Part shown: positions 38,030-48,023 of the stretch, piece after piece
How positions within the stretch are numbered: the stretch's first letter is position 1
How the letters are laid out: every line of letters starts with the position of its first letter
Source: Longimicrobiales bacterium
GTDB lineage: Bacteria > Gemmatimonadota > Gemmatimonadetes > Longimicrobiales > Gaopeijiaceae
Reading direction: 5' to 3'
Length of the DNA: 64,000 bases
Assembly (NCBI GenBank): GCA_965204735.1
Contig: OZ242008.1
Location: 3,072,001-3,136,000, forward strand
Made by a program: the position numbers and the translations under genes
Notes under the pieces: model-generated
What the model was told of the DNA's origin: nothing
What the model saw: the letters and a program-made list of their open reading frames with translations, nothing else
Database searches by the model: none

Positions 38030-38463
38030 CCGGCCTCCTCGATCATGCCGCCGGCGCGGATCACCACGTTCCGCGTGTCTCTGTAGGGGATCTTGCGGGC
38101 GGCCTCCCACAGCGGGAACCACCCGCACTCGGTGATCCCCTCGGCCTTCTGGGGAACCGGGTCGCCCGTTCGGCTCCTCATCAGGAAGAAGGTGCAGTGC
38201 TTCAGGACCTTGCGGTGACCCCGGCGGAAGGTCCAGTGGATGGTGCCGAGTTGCGGCCCCACGGCGTCGGGCTTCAGTCCCGTCTCCTCCTCGACCTCGC
38301 GGGCGGCGGCCTCCTCTTCGCTCTCGCCGGGCTCCAGGTGGCCCTTGGGGAGGCCCCACTTGCCGTAGGGGTCGCGGATCACCAGGACGTTCCACGCTCC
38401 TTCCCGGTAGCGGACGAGCACGCCGCCGGCGCTGTGCTCGACTCGGGGGCGGTCGTAGGCCAT
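38023..38463 (-). CDS. NUDIX hydrolase
   Basis: Nudix box PKGHLEPGESEEEAAAREVEEETG. Confidence 0.92.
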   Translation of the reverse strand: MAYDRPRVEHSAGGVLVRYREGAWNVLVIRDPYGKWGLPKGHLEPGESEEEAAAREVEEETGLKPDAVGPQLGTIHWTFRRGHRKVLKHCTFFLMRSRTGDPVPQKAEGITECGWFPLWEAARKIPYRDTRNVVIRAGGMIEEAGW

Positions 38464-38480
38464 CGCCCGGACGCGCCCCC

Positions 38481-39467
38481 CTAGAACACCGAGAACCGCA
38501 GGTAGCGGCCCGGGTTCTCTTGGATGTCCTCGAGAAGCGCCCGCATCTCCGCCACCGCGGCGAACGCCTCGTCGGCCAGCGCGGGGTCCGAGAGCAGGCG
38601 CGCCACCGATCCTTCGCCCTCTTCCACGGTCCGCATCAGCCGGTCCAGCCGGGCGAAGGTGGAGTCGGCGCGGCGAGCGGCGCCTCGGAAGTCTTCCACG
38701 GAGGAGCCCAGGTGGACCGTCAGCTCCCGAAGGTTGGCGGCGGCGCCGGCGGCGTTCTCCACCAGCGTCTCCACTTCGGCGTCGGCGAGGATGCCGTCCA
38801 CTCGCTCGAAGGAGAGGCGGGCGGCGCGGGCGGCGGCGCTCAGCTCCCGGGCCGACTCGTCGAAGTCGGCCGCGAGGGTGCTGAAGTGCTCGGCCTGCTG
38901 GGCCACCACGTCCGAAAGGCCCTCGCTCAACTCCTGGATGTTGTCGATCGCCCTGCTGACGTTCCTGGCCGTCTCCTCGGTGAAGGCGATCTGAAAGCGT
39001 TCCGAGATCGTCGCCAAGTTGCCGGCGATCTCGTCGGCCGTGGCGGTCAGTCGCGACATGTCCGGGAGCACTGCGGCAGGCAGCACCTGGTCGCCCGGGT
39101 ACTCGAGGAAGGTCGTTCGCGGAAAGTCGCCTCGGGACACGATCTCGGCCTGCCAGGAGCCGAACATGGACTCGGGAGCAAGGAGGACGGCGGCGTCGGT
39201 CGGCAGCGCCAGCTCGGAGTGCACGGTCATCGCCACGAGCACGGCGTCGCCCGCCGGAGCCACCGAGACGCTCTCGACCGTCCCCACGGTCACGCCTCGG
39301 AACTTCACCGACGCCCCCGGGGCGAGCTGGCCCACGCCGGTGGCCGCAGCTTGGAGGGGCCGGCCTTCGGTTCCCCAGCCCCCCTTCATCCATATCGTCC
39401 CCACCGCGGCCACGGCGACGGCCAGCAGCACCACCGCGCCCACCAGGGCTTCACGTCCTCGGTTCAT
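38481..39467 (-). CDS. mlaD: MCE/MlaD family protein
   Basis: N-terminal TM helix, 'GASVKFRGVTVG', helical tail ending 'DIQENPGRYL'. Confidence 0.9.
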   Translation of the reverse strand: MNRGREALVGAVVLLAVAVAAVGTIWMKGGWGTEGRPLQAAATGVGQLAPGASVKFRGVTVGTVESVSVAPAGDAVLVAMTVHSELALPTDAAVLLAPESMFGSWQAEIVSRGDFPRTTFLEYPGDQVLPAAVLPDMSRLTATADEIAGNLATISERFQIAFTEETARNVSRAIDNIQELSEGLSDVVAQQAEHFSTLAADFDESARELSAAARAARLSFERVDGILADAEVETLVENAAGAAANLRELTVHLGSSVEDFRGAARRADSTFARLDRLMRTVEEGEGSVARLLSDPALADEAFAAVAEMRALLEDIQENPGRYLRFSVF

Positions 39468-40243
39468 CCGTGTCCTCCAGCGCTAGCGATTGCTGTTTCG
39501 GCGCCTGCGTAGGCCGTGGGCTCGCCGTCGACGAAGCCGCGCAAGATCGGGTCCGACGCGGCGCGCGCCTCGTCCGGAGTTCCCGTGAAGCGGTTCCTTC
39601 CCTCGTGCAGGAGGGTGATCCGGTCGGCGATCCGGAAGGCGCTGGTCATGTCGTGGGTGGCGACGACGGCGGTGGCGCCGAGCTCGTTCTTCATGCGCAG
39701 GATCAGACGGTCGATCACCGTCGTGGTCACCGGGTCCAGTCCCGTGGTGGGCTCGTCGTACAGCAGGTACTTGGGCGACGCGGCGATCGCCCGAGCGAGC
39801 CCGGCCCGCTTCCGCTGGCCGCCGCTGAGCTCGGAAGGAGAGCGGCCCTCCATGCCCGCCAGCTCGACCAGGGCCAGGCACTCGGCCACGCGGTCGCGGA
39901 CGCGTCCCGGAGCCCATCCGGGCAAGCGGCGGAGGCCCATCGCCACGTTGTCGCCGATCGTCATGGAGTCGAAGAGGGCCGCGAACTGGAAGACGTAGCC
40001 GATGCGGCGGCGCAGCTCGGCGGTCTCCCGGCGGTCCAGCGTGGGCACGTGCATCCCGTCCACCACGACCGATCCTTCGTCGGGCGCCAGCAGTCCCACG
40101 ACGTGCTTGAGAAGGACCGACTTGCCGCCCCCGGAGGGCCCCAGGACCGCCACGGTCTCTCCGTCGGCCACGTGGAGGTCCAGTCCCCTCAGCACCTTCT
40201 TGGGCCCGAACGCCTTCCGGACCCCGCGCAACGCGATGCTCAC
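39464..40243 (-). CDS. mlaF: Mla-type ABC transporter ATPase
   Basis: GPSGGGKS, 'FQFAALFDSM', LSGGQ, YDEPTTGLDP. Confidence 0.92.
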   Translation of the reverse strand: MSIALRGVRKAFGPKKVLRGLDLHVADGETVAVLGPSGGGKSVLLKHVVGLLAPDEGSVVVDGMHVPTLDRRETAELRRRIGYVFQFAALFDSMTIGDNVAMGLRRLPGWAPGRVRDRVAECLALVELAGMEGRSPSELSGGQRKRAGLARAIAASPKYLLYDEPTTGLDPVTTTVIDRLILRMKNELGATAVVATHDMTSAFRIADRITLLHEGRNRFTGTPDEARAASDPILRGFVDGEPTAYAGAETAIASAGGHG

Positions 40244-41022
40244 AGCAGGGTCGCCGCCCAGAAGGCGTCCAGCACGAGGATGATCATGCTTGCGGCCACC
40301 ACGGTGCGGGTCGTCGCGGCGCCCACCCCTTCCGCTCCGCCCGCCGCGGACATTCCGAAGAAGCAGCCCGCGCCCGTCACCACCGCGCCGAAGGAGGTCG
40401 ACTTGATCACGGCGAACCACACGTCCCAGGTATCGAAGAAGAGGCGCAGTCCCTTGACGAACTCGGCCGACGACATGTCCAGCAGCTGAAGCGCCGTGAC
40501 CCAGCCCGACGCGATCCCGAGGGCCACGGCCAGCATCACCACGACGGGGAACATGAGGGTGCCCGCCAGAACGCGGGGGACCACCAGGTAGGCCACCGGA
40601 TCGTAGGCCAGCGTCTCCAGGGCGTCCACCTGCTCCGTGACCCGCATCGTGCCCAGCTCCGCCGAGATGGCGGCCCCGACCCGACCGGCCAGCGTGAGTC
40701 CCGTGAGCACCGGCCCCAGCTCCATGATCATCACCTTCCCGACCAGAGCGCCCACGAAGTAGTGGGGGATCGTGCCCGTCAGGGTGTAGGACGCCTGCAG
40801 GGACATGACGATCCCGGTGAAGGTGGCGATGAAGAGCGCGATGGGAACCGACGCCACCCCGACCCGGGCCATTTGGGGGATCAGATGGGGTCCCCAGGTG
40901 CCGGCGGCCCCCATGGCCCGGAGCGCGGCGGTCGAGAGGAGCCAAGCGCGGCCCGCCGCGGCCAGGACGGCCAGAGCCGCCCGGCCGACGGCCGCCAGGG
41001 CGGCGATCGGAGCGTCGGTCAT
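40240..41022 (-). CDS. mlaE: Mla-type ABC transporter permease
   Basis: 'ELGPVLT..LAGRVGA.ISAELGTMRVTEQVDAL', 'GAEGVGAATT'. Confidence 0.93.
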   Translation of the reverse strand: MTDAPIAALAAVGRAALAVLAAAGRAWLLSTAALRAMGAAGTWGPHLIPQMARVGVASVPIALFIATFTGIVMSLQASYTLTGTIPHYFVGALVGKVMIMELGPVLTGLTLAGRVGAAISAELGTMRVTEQVDALETLAYDPVAYLVVPRVLAGTLMFPVVVMLAVALGIASGWVTALQLLDMSSAEFVKGLRLFFDTWDVWFAVIKSTSFGAVVTGAGCFFGMSAAGGAEGVGAATTRTVVAASMIILVLDAFWAATLL

Positions 41023-41120
41023 GCGGAACGATAACGGAACGAGTGCACTTGACCTGTCCCCAAGCGGCTATGATCGTTTCCGCATCGGGCACCTCCGCCT
41101 CTCCGGCCCGCCCTTGTCGT

Positions 41121-42431
41121 ATGGACATATTCGCACTGAGGAACAGCAGCGTGGCCGAACTCCACGGCTATGCGGAATCGCTGAACATCCCGCACGACTC
41201 CGGGCTGCGCAAGCAGGACCTGATCTTCCGTATCCATCAGGGGCTCGCTCGACGCGACGAGGCGCCATGGATCGAGGGCGTCCTGGACGTGATGCCCGAC
41301 GGCGCGGGCTTCCTGCGCTCGCCCGAGTGGAGCTACCTCCACAGCCCCGACGACGTGTTCGTGGGCCCGGATCGCGTGCGGGCGCTGGGACTGCGGAGGG
41401 GCGACGTGATCGCCGGCTTCGTGCGGCCGCCGGGGCGGGGCGAGCGCTACTTGGCCATGAGCTCGATCGACAGCGTCAACGGCTCGGGCACCGGCGACTT
41501 GAAGGAAAGACCCGTGTTCGAGGAGATGCGTCCCTGGTACCCGGTTCGGCGGCTGACGCTGGAGACTCCGGACGGACACGTGGGGATGCGGATGATCGAC
41601 TTGGTGGCGCCTGTGGGGCGGGGCCAGCGCGGCCTGATCGTCTCGCCCCCGAAAGCGGGCAAGACGACGATCCTGCGGAACGTGGCCCAGGCCGTGGCGG
41701 CCAACCACCCGGACGTGCTGCTGGTCGTGCTCCTCATCGACGAGCGGCCGGAAGAGGTGACCGAGATGCAGGAGTGCGTCCGGGGCGAAGTGGTGGCCTC
41801 CACCTTCGACGAGCCGCCGGCGCGGCACCGGCAAGTGGCGGAGATGGTGTTGGCGAAGGCGAAGCGCCAGGTGGAGCACGGTCGGGACGTCGTGATCCTC
41901 CTGGATTCGATCACGCGCTTGGCTCGGGCCTACAACTCCCTGGCTCGCCACTCGGGTCGAATCCTTTCGGGAGGCGTGGACGCCTACGCCCTGCAACGGC
42001 CGAAGCGGTTCTTCGGGTCGGCCCGGAGCTTCGGGGGAACGCCGGAGGCCAGGGGCGGGGGCTTGTGGGGCAGCAACTTGGGCGAAGCTCGGCGCGAAGG
42101 CTCGCTGACGATCATGGCCACGGCCTTGGTGGAGACCGGGAGCAGGATGGACGAGGTGATCTTCGAGGAGTTCAAGGGCACGGGCAACATGGAGCTGGTG
42201 CTGGACCGGGAGACGGCGGACAGGCGCATCTTTCCGGCGATCGACCTGAACCGCTCGGGGACGCGGCGGGAGGAGCTGCTGCTCTCGCCCAAGGAGCTCA
42301 ACCGGGTGTACTTGCTGCGCAACTTCCTGTCGGAGATGCCCGCTGCGGAAGCTGCCGAGTTCCTGGCGGAGCGGCTGGCGCGCCACTCGACCAACGCCGA
42401 GTTCTTGGCGGCGATGGCCGCCGGCGAGTAG
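41121..42431 (+). CDS. rho: Transcription termination factor Rho
   Basis: 'GFLRS', 'GRGQRGLIVSPPKAGKT', 'LIDERPEEVT', 'LDSITRLARAYN', 'EFKGTGNMEL'. Confidence 0.97.
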   Translation: MDIFALRNSSVAELHGYAESLNIPHDSGLRKQDLIFRIHQGLARRDEAPWIEGVLDVMPDGAGFLRSPEWSYLHSPDDVFVGPDRVRALGLRRGDVIAGFVRPPGRGERYLAMSSIDSVNGSGTGDLKERPVFEEMRPWYPVRRLTLETPDGHVGMRMIDLVAPVGRGQRGLIVSPPKAGKTTILRNVAQAVAANHPDVLLVVLLIDERPEEVTEMQECVRGEVVASTFDEPPARHRQVAEMVLAKAKRQVEHGRDVVILLDSITRLARAYNSLARHSGRILSGGVDAYALQRPKRFFGSARSFGGTPEARGGGLWGSNLGEARREGSLTIMATALVETGSRMDEVIFEEFKGTGNMELVLDRETADRRIFPAIDLNRSGTRREELLLSPKELNRVYLLRNFLSEMPAAEAAEFLAERLARHSTNAEFLAAMAAGE

Positions 42432-42469
42432 GACGGCGGGCGGGCCCTTCGCCGCATCGGGGAAAGGCG

Positions 42470-44332
42470 TCAGCGGGGCTGGTCGGTCCAGTCGTCCACC
42501 GCGTAGACGCGCCCTTGGTCGAACGCGACCACCAGCTCGTGGCGGGGCCAGTTGGCCTCCAGCACGGCCGACGCCGGGGCGACTCCCGGGCGACACCTGG
42601 GGCTGGTGTTGGTCCAGCCCTCGAACAGGAAGAGTCGGCCCGGCCCTGCGCCGACCGAACGAGACGGCGAAGCGCCCGGCGCGGGGCGGGCTTCGGGCGC
42701 CGACACCAGGTGGATGCTCTCCGCCGTTCCCCGGCCCGGCGTGGGGTTCCACGACCGCACCTTCTCCTGCACGGCGTGAAAGCCCCGCATGTACACCTCG
42801 ATTCTGGTCGCAGTTCTGTAGCAGGCGAAGAAGTAGTCGCCCGGTCGAACCGCCCCCGCCGCCGCCGAGGTCATCCTCAAGAGGCTTGGTTGCGAAGCGC
42901 GACCGTGAGGGGCCGCCTCTTGGACGGTCCATGTCGCGAAGGCGCCGAGAAGCAGCGCCGCGACTCCGCACGTCAGCACGGTTCGTCGCGGTCCGGCGAC
43001 CACGCCCGGCCATCGCGGCTCCATCCAGGCCAAGGCGCGCTCCAGCAGGAACCCGGCGCCCGCCCCTGCAAGGACCAGAAGCACCATCAGCGCGCAGATC
43101 GCCAATCGCGGCCGCAGGGGAAAGAGCGTGGGCAGCAGCAGCGCTCCCGTGGGAACGACCACCGCGAGAAGGAGCGTCCACGAGCGCCCGCAACTTCGGG
43201 CGGGAACGGTGGCGCCGGCGACCACGAGGGCCAGAAAGGCCCCCTGCGCCCACGCTGGAATCGTTGCGTGCCAGTGGTGCCAAGTCGAGACCGGCAGCGC
43301 AAGGAAGAGGAGGGCGCGCGATTGGGTGGTCAGCCCTCCGCCTTCCGCCCCGTAAGTGAGGGTGAGAGCGTCCAGCACGTCGCGCGCGCCCTCGGTCGCG
43401 AAGATCGGCGCGTAGAGCACGCCCGCGACCGCGAGCGCCGCGGCCGACCACGCAAGCGTCTTGGCGACGAAGGGCCCAAGCTCCCTGCGCCCGCACCTGC
43501 GCCATCGCGCCAGCACCATCCAGGCCACTGCGGTCGCGGCCGGAAAGATCATGACCGGCAGCACGAAGAAGCCCAGGCCGATCGCCGTGGCCCACGCCGC
43601 CCACAGCGCCTTCTTGCCCGGCGTCCGGATCAGGGTCTGGCCGCACAGAAGCGCCGACGTGAAGAGCAGCGTCATCAGCGTGTAGCCCCGCGCGTTGGTC
43701 GCGTACTCGACAAAGTAGGGCGAGACGGCCCCGAAGAGCGCGGCGAACAATGCGGCGGTCGATCCGTACTCCCGGCGCGCGAACCACCACAGCGCGGGAA
43801 GGAGGAGGCAGAACGAAAGGAACGCCGGCAACCGAGCCGCAACTCGATCCCATGCGGCGAACCGGTGCGCGATCAGGACCAGGAGCGTGTGCAGCACATG
43901 GGTGTTGGTCGAAGGGTACCTGCTCACGTTCACCGACAACGGCTCCGCCGCGCGGAGCAGGGTCCTGGTCTCGTCGTGCCCAAGAGGCGCGTCCAGGTAG
44001 TACGCAGCCAGGACGACGCCGGTCAAGGCCGCCACTGCCGCCGCGACGAGCTCCGCGCGCCTTCGGCTCGGGACGCCGTCCGAGGGCGCGGCGTGGATGC
44101 GGGCGGCCGCCCATGCGAGCAGGAGAGCCGCGGCGAACGCCGTCGCCGCGACCGCGACCTCCCCGGGCGGAAAGGAGCGAACCGAGTCGTAGACGTCCCA
44201 TGACGCGGTCGCTGCGAGGACCCCCGCCACAAGAACTCCAAGGCCGGCGGTCAGCGGCGCGCCCCATCGCCAGTACCAGTAGACGCGGGGACTTGCGTCG
44301 CGGCGGTGGCGGAGGCTCCCGAAGATCGTCAC
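42470..44332 (-). CDS. GT-C fold (PMT/ArnT-like) membrane glycosyltransferase, paralogue 4
   Basis: HDE motif, 'NTHVLHTLL', 'RLPAFLSF', 'ARGYTL'; many TM helices; GTGA overlap. Confidence 0.8.
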   Translation of the reverse strand: MTIFGSLRHRRDASPRVYWYWRWGAPLTAGLGVLVAGVLAATASWDVYDSVRSFPPGEVAVAATAFAAALLLAWAAARIHAAPSDGVPSRRRAELVAAAVAALTGVVLAAYYLDAPLGHDETRTLLRAAEPLSVNVSRYPSTNTHVLHTLLVLIAHRFAAWDRVAARLPAFLSFCLLLPALWWFARREYGSTAALFAALFGAVSPYFVEYATNARGYTLMTLLFTSALLCGQTLIRTPGKKALWAAWATAIGLGFFVLPVMIFPAATAVAWMVLARWRRCGRRELGPFVAKTLAWSAAALAVAGVLYAPIFATEGARDVLDALTLTYGAEGGGLTTQSRALLFLALPVSTWHHWHATIPAWAQGAFLALVVAGATVPARSCGRSWTLLLAVVVPTGALLLPTLFPLRPRLAICALMVLLVLAGAGAGFLLERALAWMEPRWPGVVAGPRRTVLTCGVAALLLGAFATWTVQEAAPHGRASQPSLLRMTSAAAGAVRPGDYFFACYRTATRIEVYMRGFHAVQEKVRSWNPTPGRGTAESIHLVSAPEARPAPGASPSRSVGAGPGRLFLFEGWTNTSPRCRPGVAPASAVLEANWPRHELVVAFDQGRVYAVDDWTDQPR

Positions 44333-46170
44333 GACGGTCCCCACTCGTTCAGCTTGTAGACCCGTCCGGCTCTGAACGCGGCAACCAGCTGGTGGTCCGG
44401 CCAGTCGGCTTCGAGGAGCTGCCATGCCGGCGGCCTGTCGTGGTAGCACCTGGGGCGCGCTTCGCCCATCAGCGCTTCAAAGAGGAAGAGTCGGCGCGGC
44501 GATGCTTCGCCATGGGACGTCGAGCCGTCCACGACGTCGATCTGGACCTTGGCGGCCGACACCCTGTGCACGCGTTGGCGAAAGCGCGGGTTCCCGGCAT
44601 GGTAGTACCAAGCCACGTCTTCCTCGATGGGATGGGCGGCCCTCACGTAGGCCATGCCACGAATCTCCACCCTCCCGCACATGGCAAGGTAGTCGCCCGG
44701 ACGGATCTGGTCGGCGACCGACGTCGCCATGGACGGCAGACTTCGCAGAGCGCGGAAGTAGTCCGTGTTCTCGGTCAGAGCGTCCGGCCTGCTGGCCCAC
44801 CACGAAGACATGCCGAGCGCCAGCGCGAGCGCCCCGCCCTCCAGCACGCGACGGCGCGATCCGACTGCGACGCTCGGCCAGCGGAGGCTCGCATGGTCCA
44901 CGGCCCGCTCCACCACGAACGCGGCAGCGACCCCCGCCACGAGCATGAACGCCAGCAGCGCCGAGATCAGCATTCGGGACTGGGGCAAGAACGGATACGC
45001 CAGGAGCAAGGAGAGGGACGCGGCCGTCGCCAGCAGCAACGTTCGTGTTTCTCGCTTCCGCGCGGGAACGCCGGCGCCGACGACGACGAGCGCCAAGATG
45101 CCGCCCTGCGCCCACGAAGGTATCGCCCAGTGCCACTCGCGCCACAGCACGACCGGCCGCGCGAGGAGCGGAAGCGGCCGTATCACGAACTGCGATCTCG
45201 CGCGCACGTGGTCGCCCAAGGCCACGACGTCGCTGGCGATCAGCGCCGGCAAGTACAAGACCAGGGCGACGGCAACCGCTGCGGCCGACCACGCAACCGT
45301 CCTGGTCGCGAAGCCGCCGAGCGCTTCGCGACCGTGCGTGCGCCACCGCGTCAGCACCATCCACGCCGCTGTCGTCACGGCAGGGAAGGCCATCAGCGGC
45401 ACAGTGTACAAGCCGAGCGCAATCGCTGCGGTCCATGTTGCCCACAGCCCCTTCTTCTCCGGGCTCCGCACGAGCGCGCGACCGCACAGAAGCGCCGTCG
45501 CGAACAGCAGCAGCATGAGCGTGTAGCCCCGGGCGCTGATGCTGTAGGCCAGGAAGTAGGGCGACGTTCCGACCAAGGCGGTCGCGAAGACGGCCGCCCG
45601 CGGTCCGTACTCCTGGCGCGCGAACCACCACAGCGCAGGCAAGAAGAGGCAGAACGACAAGAACGCGGGCATCCGAAGCGCGACTCGGTTCCACCCGGCA
45701 AAGTTGTGCACGACCCAAACCAGGATCGAGTGCAGGACATGGTTGTTGGGATCGTCGTACTGGCTTGCGGCCGCGGAGAAGCGCCGCGTCCCGAAGAAGG
45801 CGAGCGTGTGGCTCTCGTCCCATCGGTAGAGCGCGTCCAGGTGGTACGCTGCCAAGAAGACGCTCGTCGAGATCACGGCGAGCACGGCCAGAACCTCCGC
45901 GCGGCCGAGCGGGCGGCTGGCCCGTCGCGGGGGGCGGACCGGTCCGTCGCGCGCTGCAACCGCCCAGCACGCCCACAACGTCGCCGCGCAGGCGGCGGCC
46001 ACGACCGCGGCAGTGGGCATCGGCACGACCAGCATCTCGATCTTGGCCGTGGCGTCGAGGTCCAAGAGCCAAGCGGCAGCGGCGGCCGTGGCCGCGAGCG
46101 CGGCCGACGCCGCCGCCAGCGGCACGCCCCGCCGCCAGAACCAGCCGACGCCCGGCGAGTGCGGCCTCAC
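44329..46170 (-). CDS. GT-C fold membrane glycosyltransferase, paralogue 3
   Basis: WDE, 'PNNHVLHS', 'ARGYTL'; GTGA overlap. Confidence 0.8.
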   Translation of the reverse strand: MRPHSPGVGWFWRRGVPLAAASAALAATAAAAAWLLDLDATAKIEMLVVPMPTAAVVAAACAATLWACWAVAARDGPVRPPRRASRPLGRAEVLAVLAVISTSVFLAAYHLDALYRWDESHTLAFFGTRRFSAAASQYDDPNNHVLHSILVWVVHNFAGWNRVALRMPAFLSFCLFLPALWWFARQEYGPRAAVFATALVGTSPYFLAYSISARGYTLMLLLFATALLCGRALVRSPEKKGLWATWTAAIALGLYTVPLMAFPAVTTAAWMVLTRWRTHGREALGGFATRTVAWSAAAVAVALVLYLPALIASDVVALGDHVRARSQFVIRPLPLLARPVVLWREWHWAIPSWAQGGILALVVVGAGVPARKRETRTLLLATAASLSLLLAYPFLPQSRMLISALLAFMLVAGVAAAFVVERAVDHASLRWPSVAVGSRRRVLEGGALALALGMSSWWASRPDALTENTDYFRALRSLPSMATSVADQIRPGDYLAMCGRVEIRGMAYVRAAHPIEEDVAWYYHAGNPRFRQRVHRVSAAKVQIDVVDGSTSHGEASPRRLFLFEALMGEARPRCYHDRPPAWQLLEADWPDHQLVAAFRAGRVYKLNEWGPS

Positions 46171-48023
46171 CCTCCCTCCGTCCATTCGTGCACCACGTAC
46201 ACCCTCCCGTGGTGGAATGCGGCAACCAGCTCGTGGTTGGGCCAGTGCGCTTCCAGGAAGCGTCCGGGCAGCGGGGCTTCCCGCCTGCACCTGCGACGGG
46301 TTCCGCCCTTGAACGGTTCGAGCAGGAAGAGACGCCTCGGCGACGCTTCGGCCCGAGACGCCCGCCGGCGCGACGTGTCGATCGATCCGTCGGCAAGCGA
46401 GAGACGATGGACGGCCTGCCTCGTGTCCCTGCCCGCCTCGGAGAAGACGGCCACGCCTTCGTCGACGGGGTGGACAGCCTTCACGTGGATCATTGTTCCA
46501 TGCTCCGCCAGGCCGCAGGTCGTGAAGTAGTCGCCCGCCCGCATGTGCTCGTCCACGGACGACGTCAAGACCAGGCGACCGGTCGGCGCATGGAAGGGAT
46601 CGATGATGTGCTTCAAGCTGGCGGGCTTGAGCGCCCACCACGAGAACGCACCGGCGGCCACCGCCGGCGCGACGCACTCCAGCGCGCGTCGACCCGCCCT
46701 GGCGGCGGCGCCCCGCCAGCGCGCGGCCGAGTGCGTCAAGAGGCGTTCCAGGACGAACGCGGCGCCGACGCCTGCCGCGACCAGCAAGACCAGCAGCATC
46801 CACGTCAGCATCCGGGCCCGGGGCCGGAACGGAAACGCCAGCAGCACGAAGCCGGTGGCAAGACCCGTCGCCAACACGAGCGACGCAGCCCCCGGCCGCC
46901 GCGTCGCGTCGGACGGGAGACCTCGAACGGAAGCGCCGACGCCGACGACGATCAGTGCAAGGAGCGTGCCCCGAGCCCATGCGGGCGTCGTCCAATGCCA
47001 GTCGCGCCACACTTGTCCTGGATGAGCCCAGAGCGGAATCGACCCCAGCAACTGATGCTCCCGGGCACGAACGGCCTCCGACACGCCGACAACGTCGGTC
47101 GTCGTCAGTACAGGCAGGTACAGCGCCCCAGCAACGACGAGGGCGCCCGCCGACCAAGCCGCTGTTCTGCCCAAGAAAGGCGCGAACGCTTCGGAGCCGC
47201 ATCTGCGCCGACGCGCGAGCAACATCCACGCCACCGTAGTCGCCGCGGGAAAGACCATCAACGGCACGGTGAAGAAGCCGAGCGCGACCGCCGCGGCCCA
47301 GGTCGCCCAGAGCGCCTTCCTCTTCGGGTCGCGCACCAGCGCCCGCGCGCACAGAAGCGCCGTCGCGAACATCAGCATCATCAGCGTGTAGCCGCGGGCG
47401 CTGGCAGCGTAAGCCAGCATGTACGGCGACGAGGACGCAAGCGCCGTCGCGAACACGGCCGCCGACGGTCCGTACTCTTGGCGCACGAACCACCACAGTG
47501 CAGGCAGGAGAAGACAGAACGAGATGAACGCCGGCAGCCGAAGCACGACTCGACTCCAACCGCCGAAGTGGTGGGCGACCCATGCCAGGAGCGTATGCAG
47601 GACGTGGTTGTTGGGGTAGTCGTAACTGCTTGCGACCCCGGCAAGCGATTGCGACAGGTGCACCTGGAGCGGAAGTTCGTCGGGTCCGTAGGGCCCGTCC
47701 AAGCCGTGCGCGGCCAGCGCCGCCCCCGTCAACATTGCCGCCGCCGCCACGGCGTCCGCGCATCGGCGCGAGGCGACATGGCGCGCAGGAGCGGCCGGTC
47801 CTTCACCCCGCATCGCCGCCCAGAATGCGAGCAGCGCAATGGCGAAAGCGGCCGCGGCGGTCGCCAACTCCCGCGGCGGGACGACCTTGTCGACTTCCCG
47901 CATCGCGTCGAGTCCCAAGGCCAGGGCCGCGAGGACGGCCGCCGCGGCGAGCGCGGCCACGCCGGCCGCCAGCGGCGCTCCCCACCGCCAGAACCAGTTC
48001 CGTCCCGTCGACGGCGGCTTCAC
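46167..48023 (-). CDS. GT-C fold membrane glycosyltransferase, paralogue 2
   Basis: PDE, 'PNNHVLHT', 'ARGYTL'; GTGA overlap (alternative ATG at 48038). Confidence 0.8.
   Translation of the reverse strand: MKPPSTGRNWFWRWGAPLAAGVAALAAAAVLAALALGLDAMREVDKVVPPRELATAAAAFAIALLAFWAAMRGEGPAAPARHVASRRCADAVAAAAMLTGAALAAHGLDGPYGPDELPLQVHLSQSLAGVASSYDYPNNHVLHTLLAWVAHHFGGWSRVVLRLPAFISFCLLLPALWWFVRQEYGPSAAVFATALASSSPYMLAYAASARGYTLMMLMFATALLCARALVRDPKRKALWATWAAAVALGFFTVPLMVFPAATTVAWMLLARRRRCGSEAFAPFLGRTAAWSAGALVVAGALYLPVLTTTDVVGVSEAVRAREHQLLGSIPLWAHPGQVWRDWHWTTPAWARGTLLALIVVGVGASVRGLPSDATRRPGAASLVLATGLATGFVLLAFPFRPRARMLTWMLLVLLVAAGVGAAFVLERLLTHSAARWRGAAARAGRRALECVAPAVAAGAFSWWALKPASLKHIIDPFHAPTGRLVLTSSVDEHMRAGDYFTTCGLAEHGTMIHVKAVHPVDEGVAVFSEAGRDTRQAVHRLSLADGSIDTSRRRASRAEASPRRLFLLEPFKGGTRRRCRREAPLPGRFLEAHWPNHELVAAFHHGRVYVVHEWTEGG

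Noticed and set aside
41049..41074. rho promoter TTGACC...TATGAT
   Set aside because: The spacer is only 14 nt; the -10 may be real but this pairing is not supportable.
40805..47763. Very long alternative ORFs (e.g. 40805-44203, 41019-44267, 43750-46530) and similar ones throughout the window
   Set aside because: Arg/Gly/Pro-rich shadow frames expected in high-GC DNA; they overlap well-supported genes and carry no motifs.
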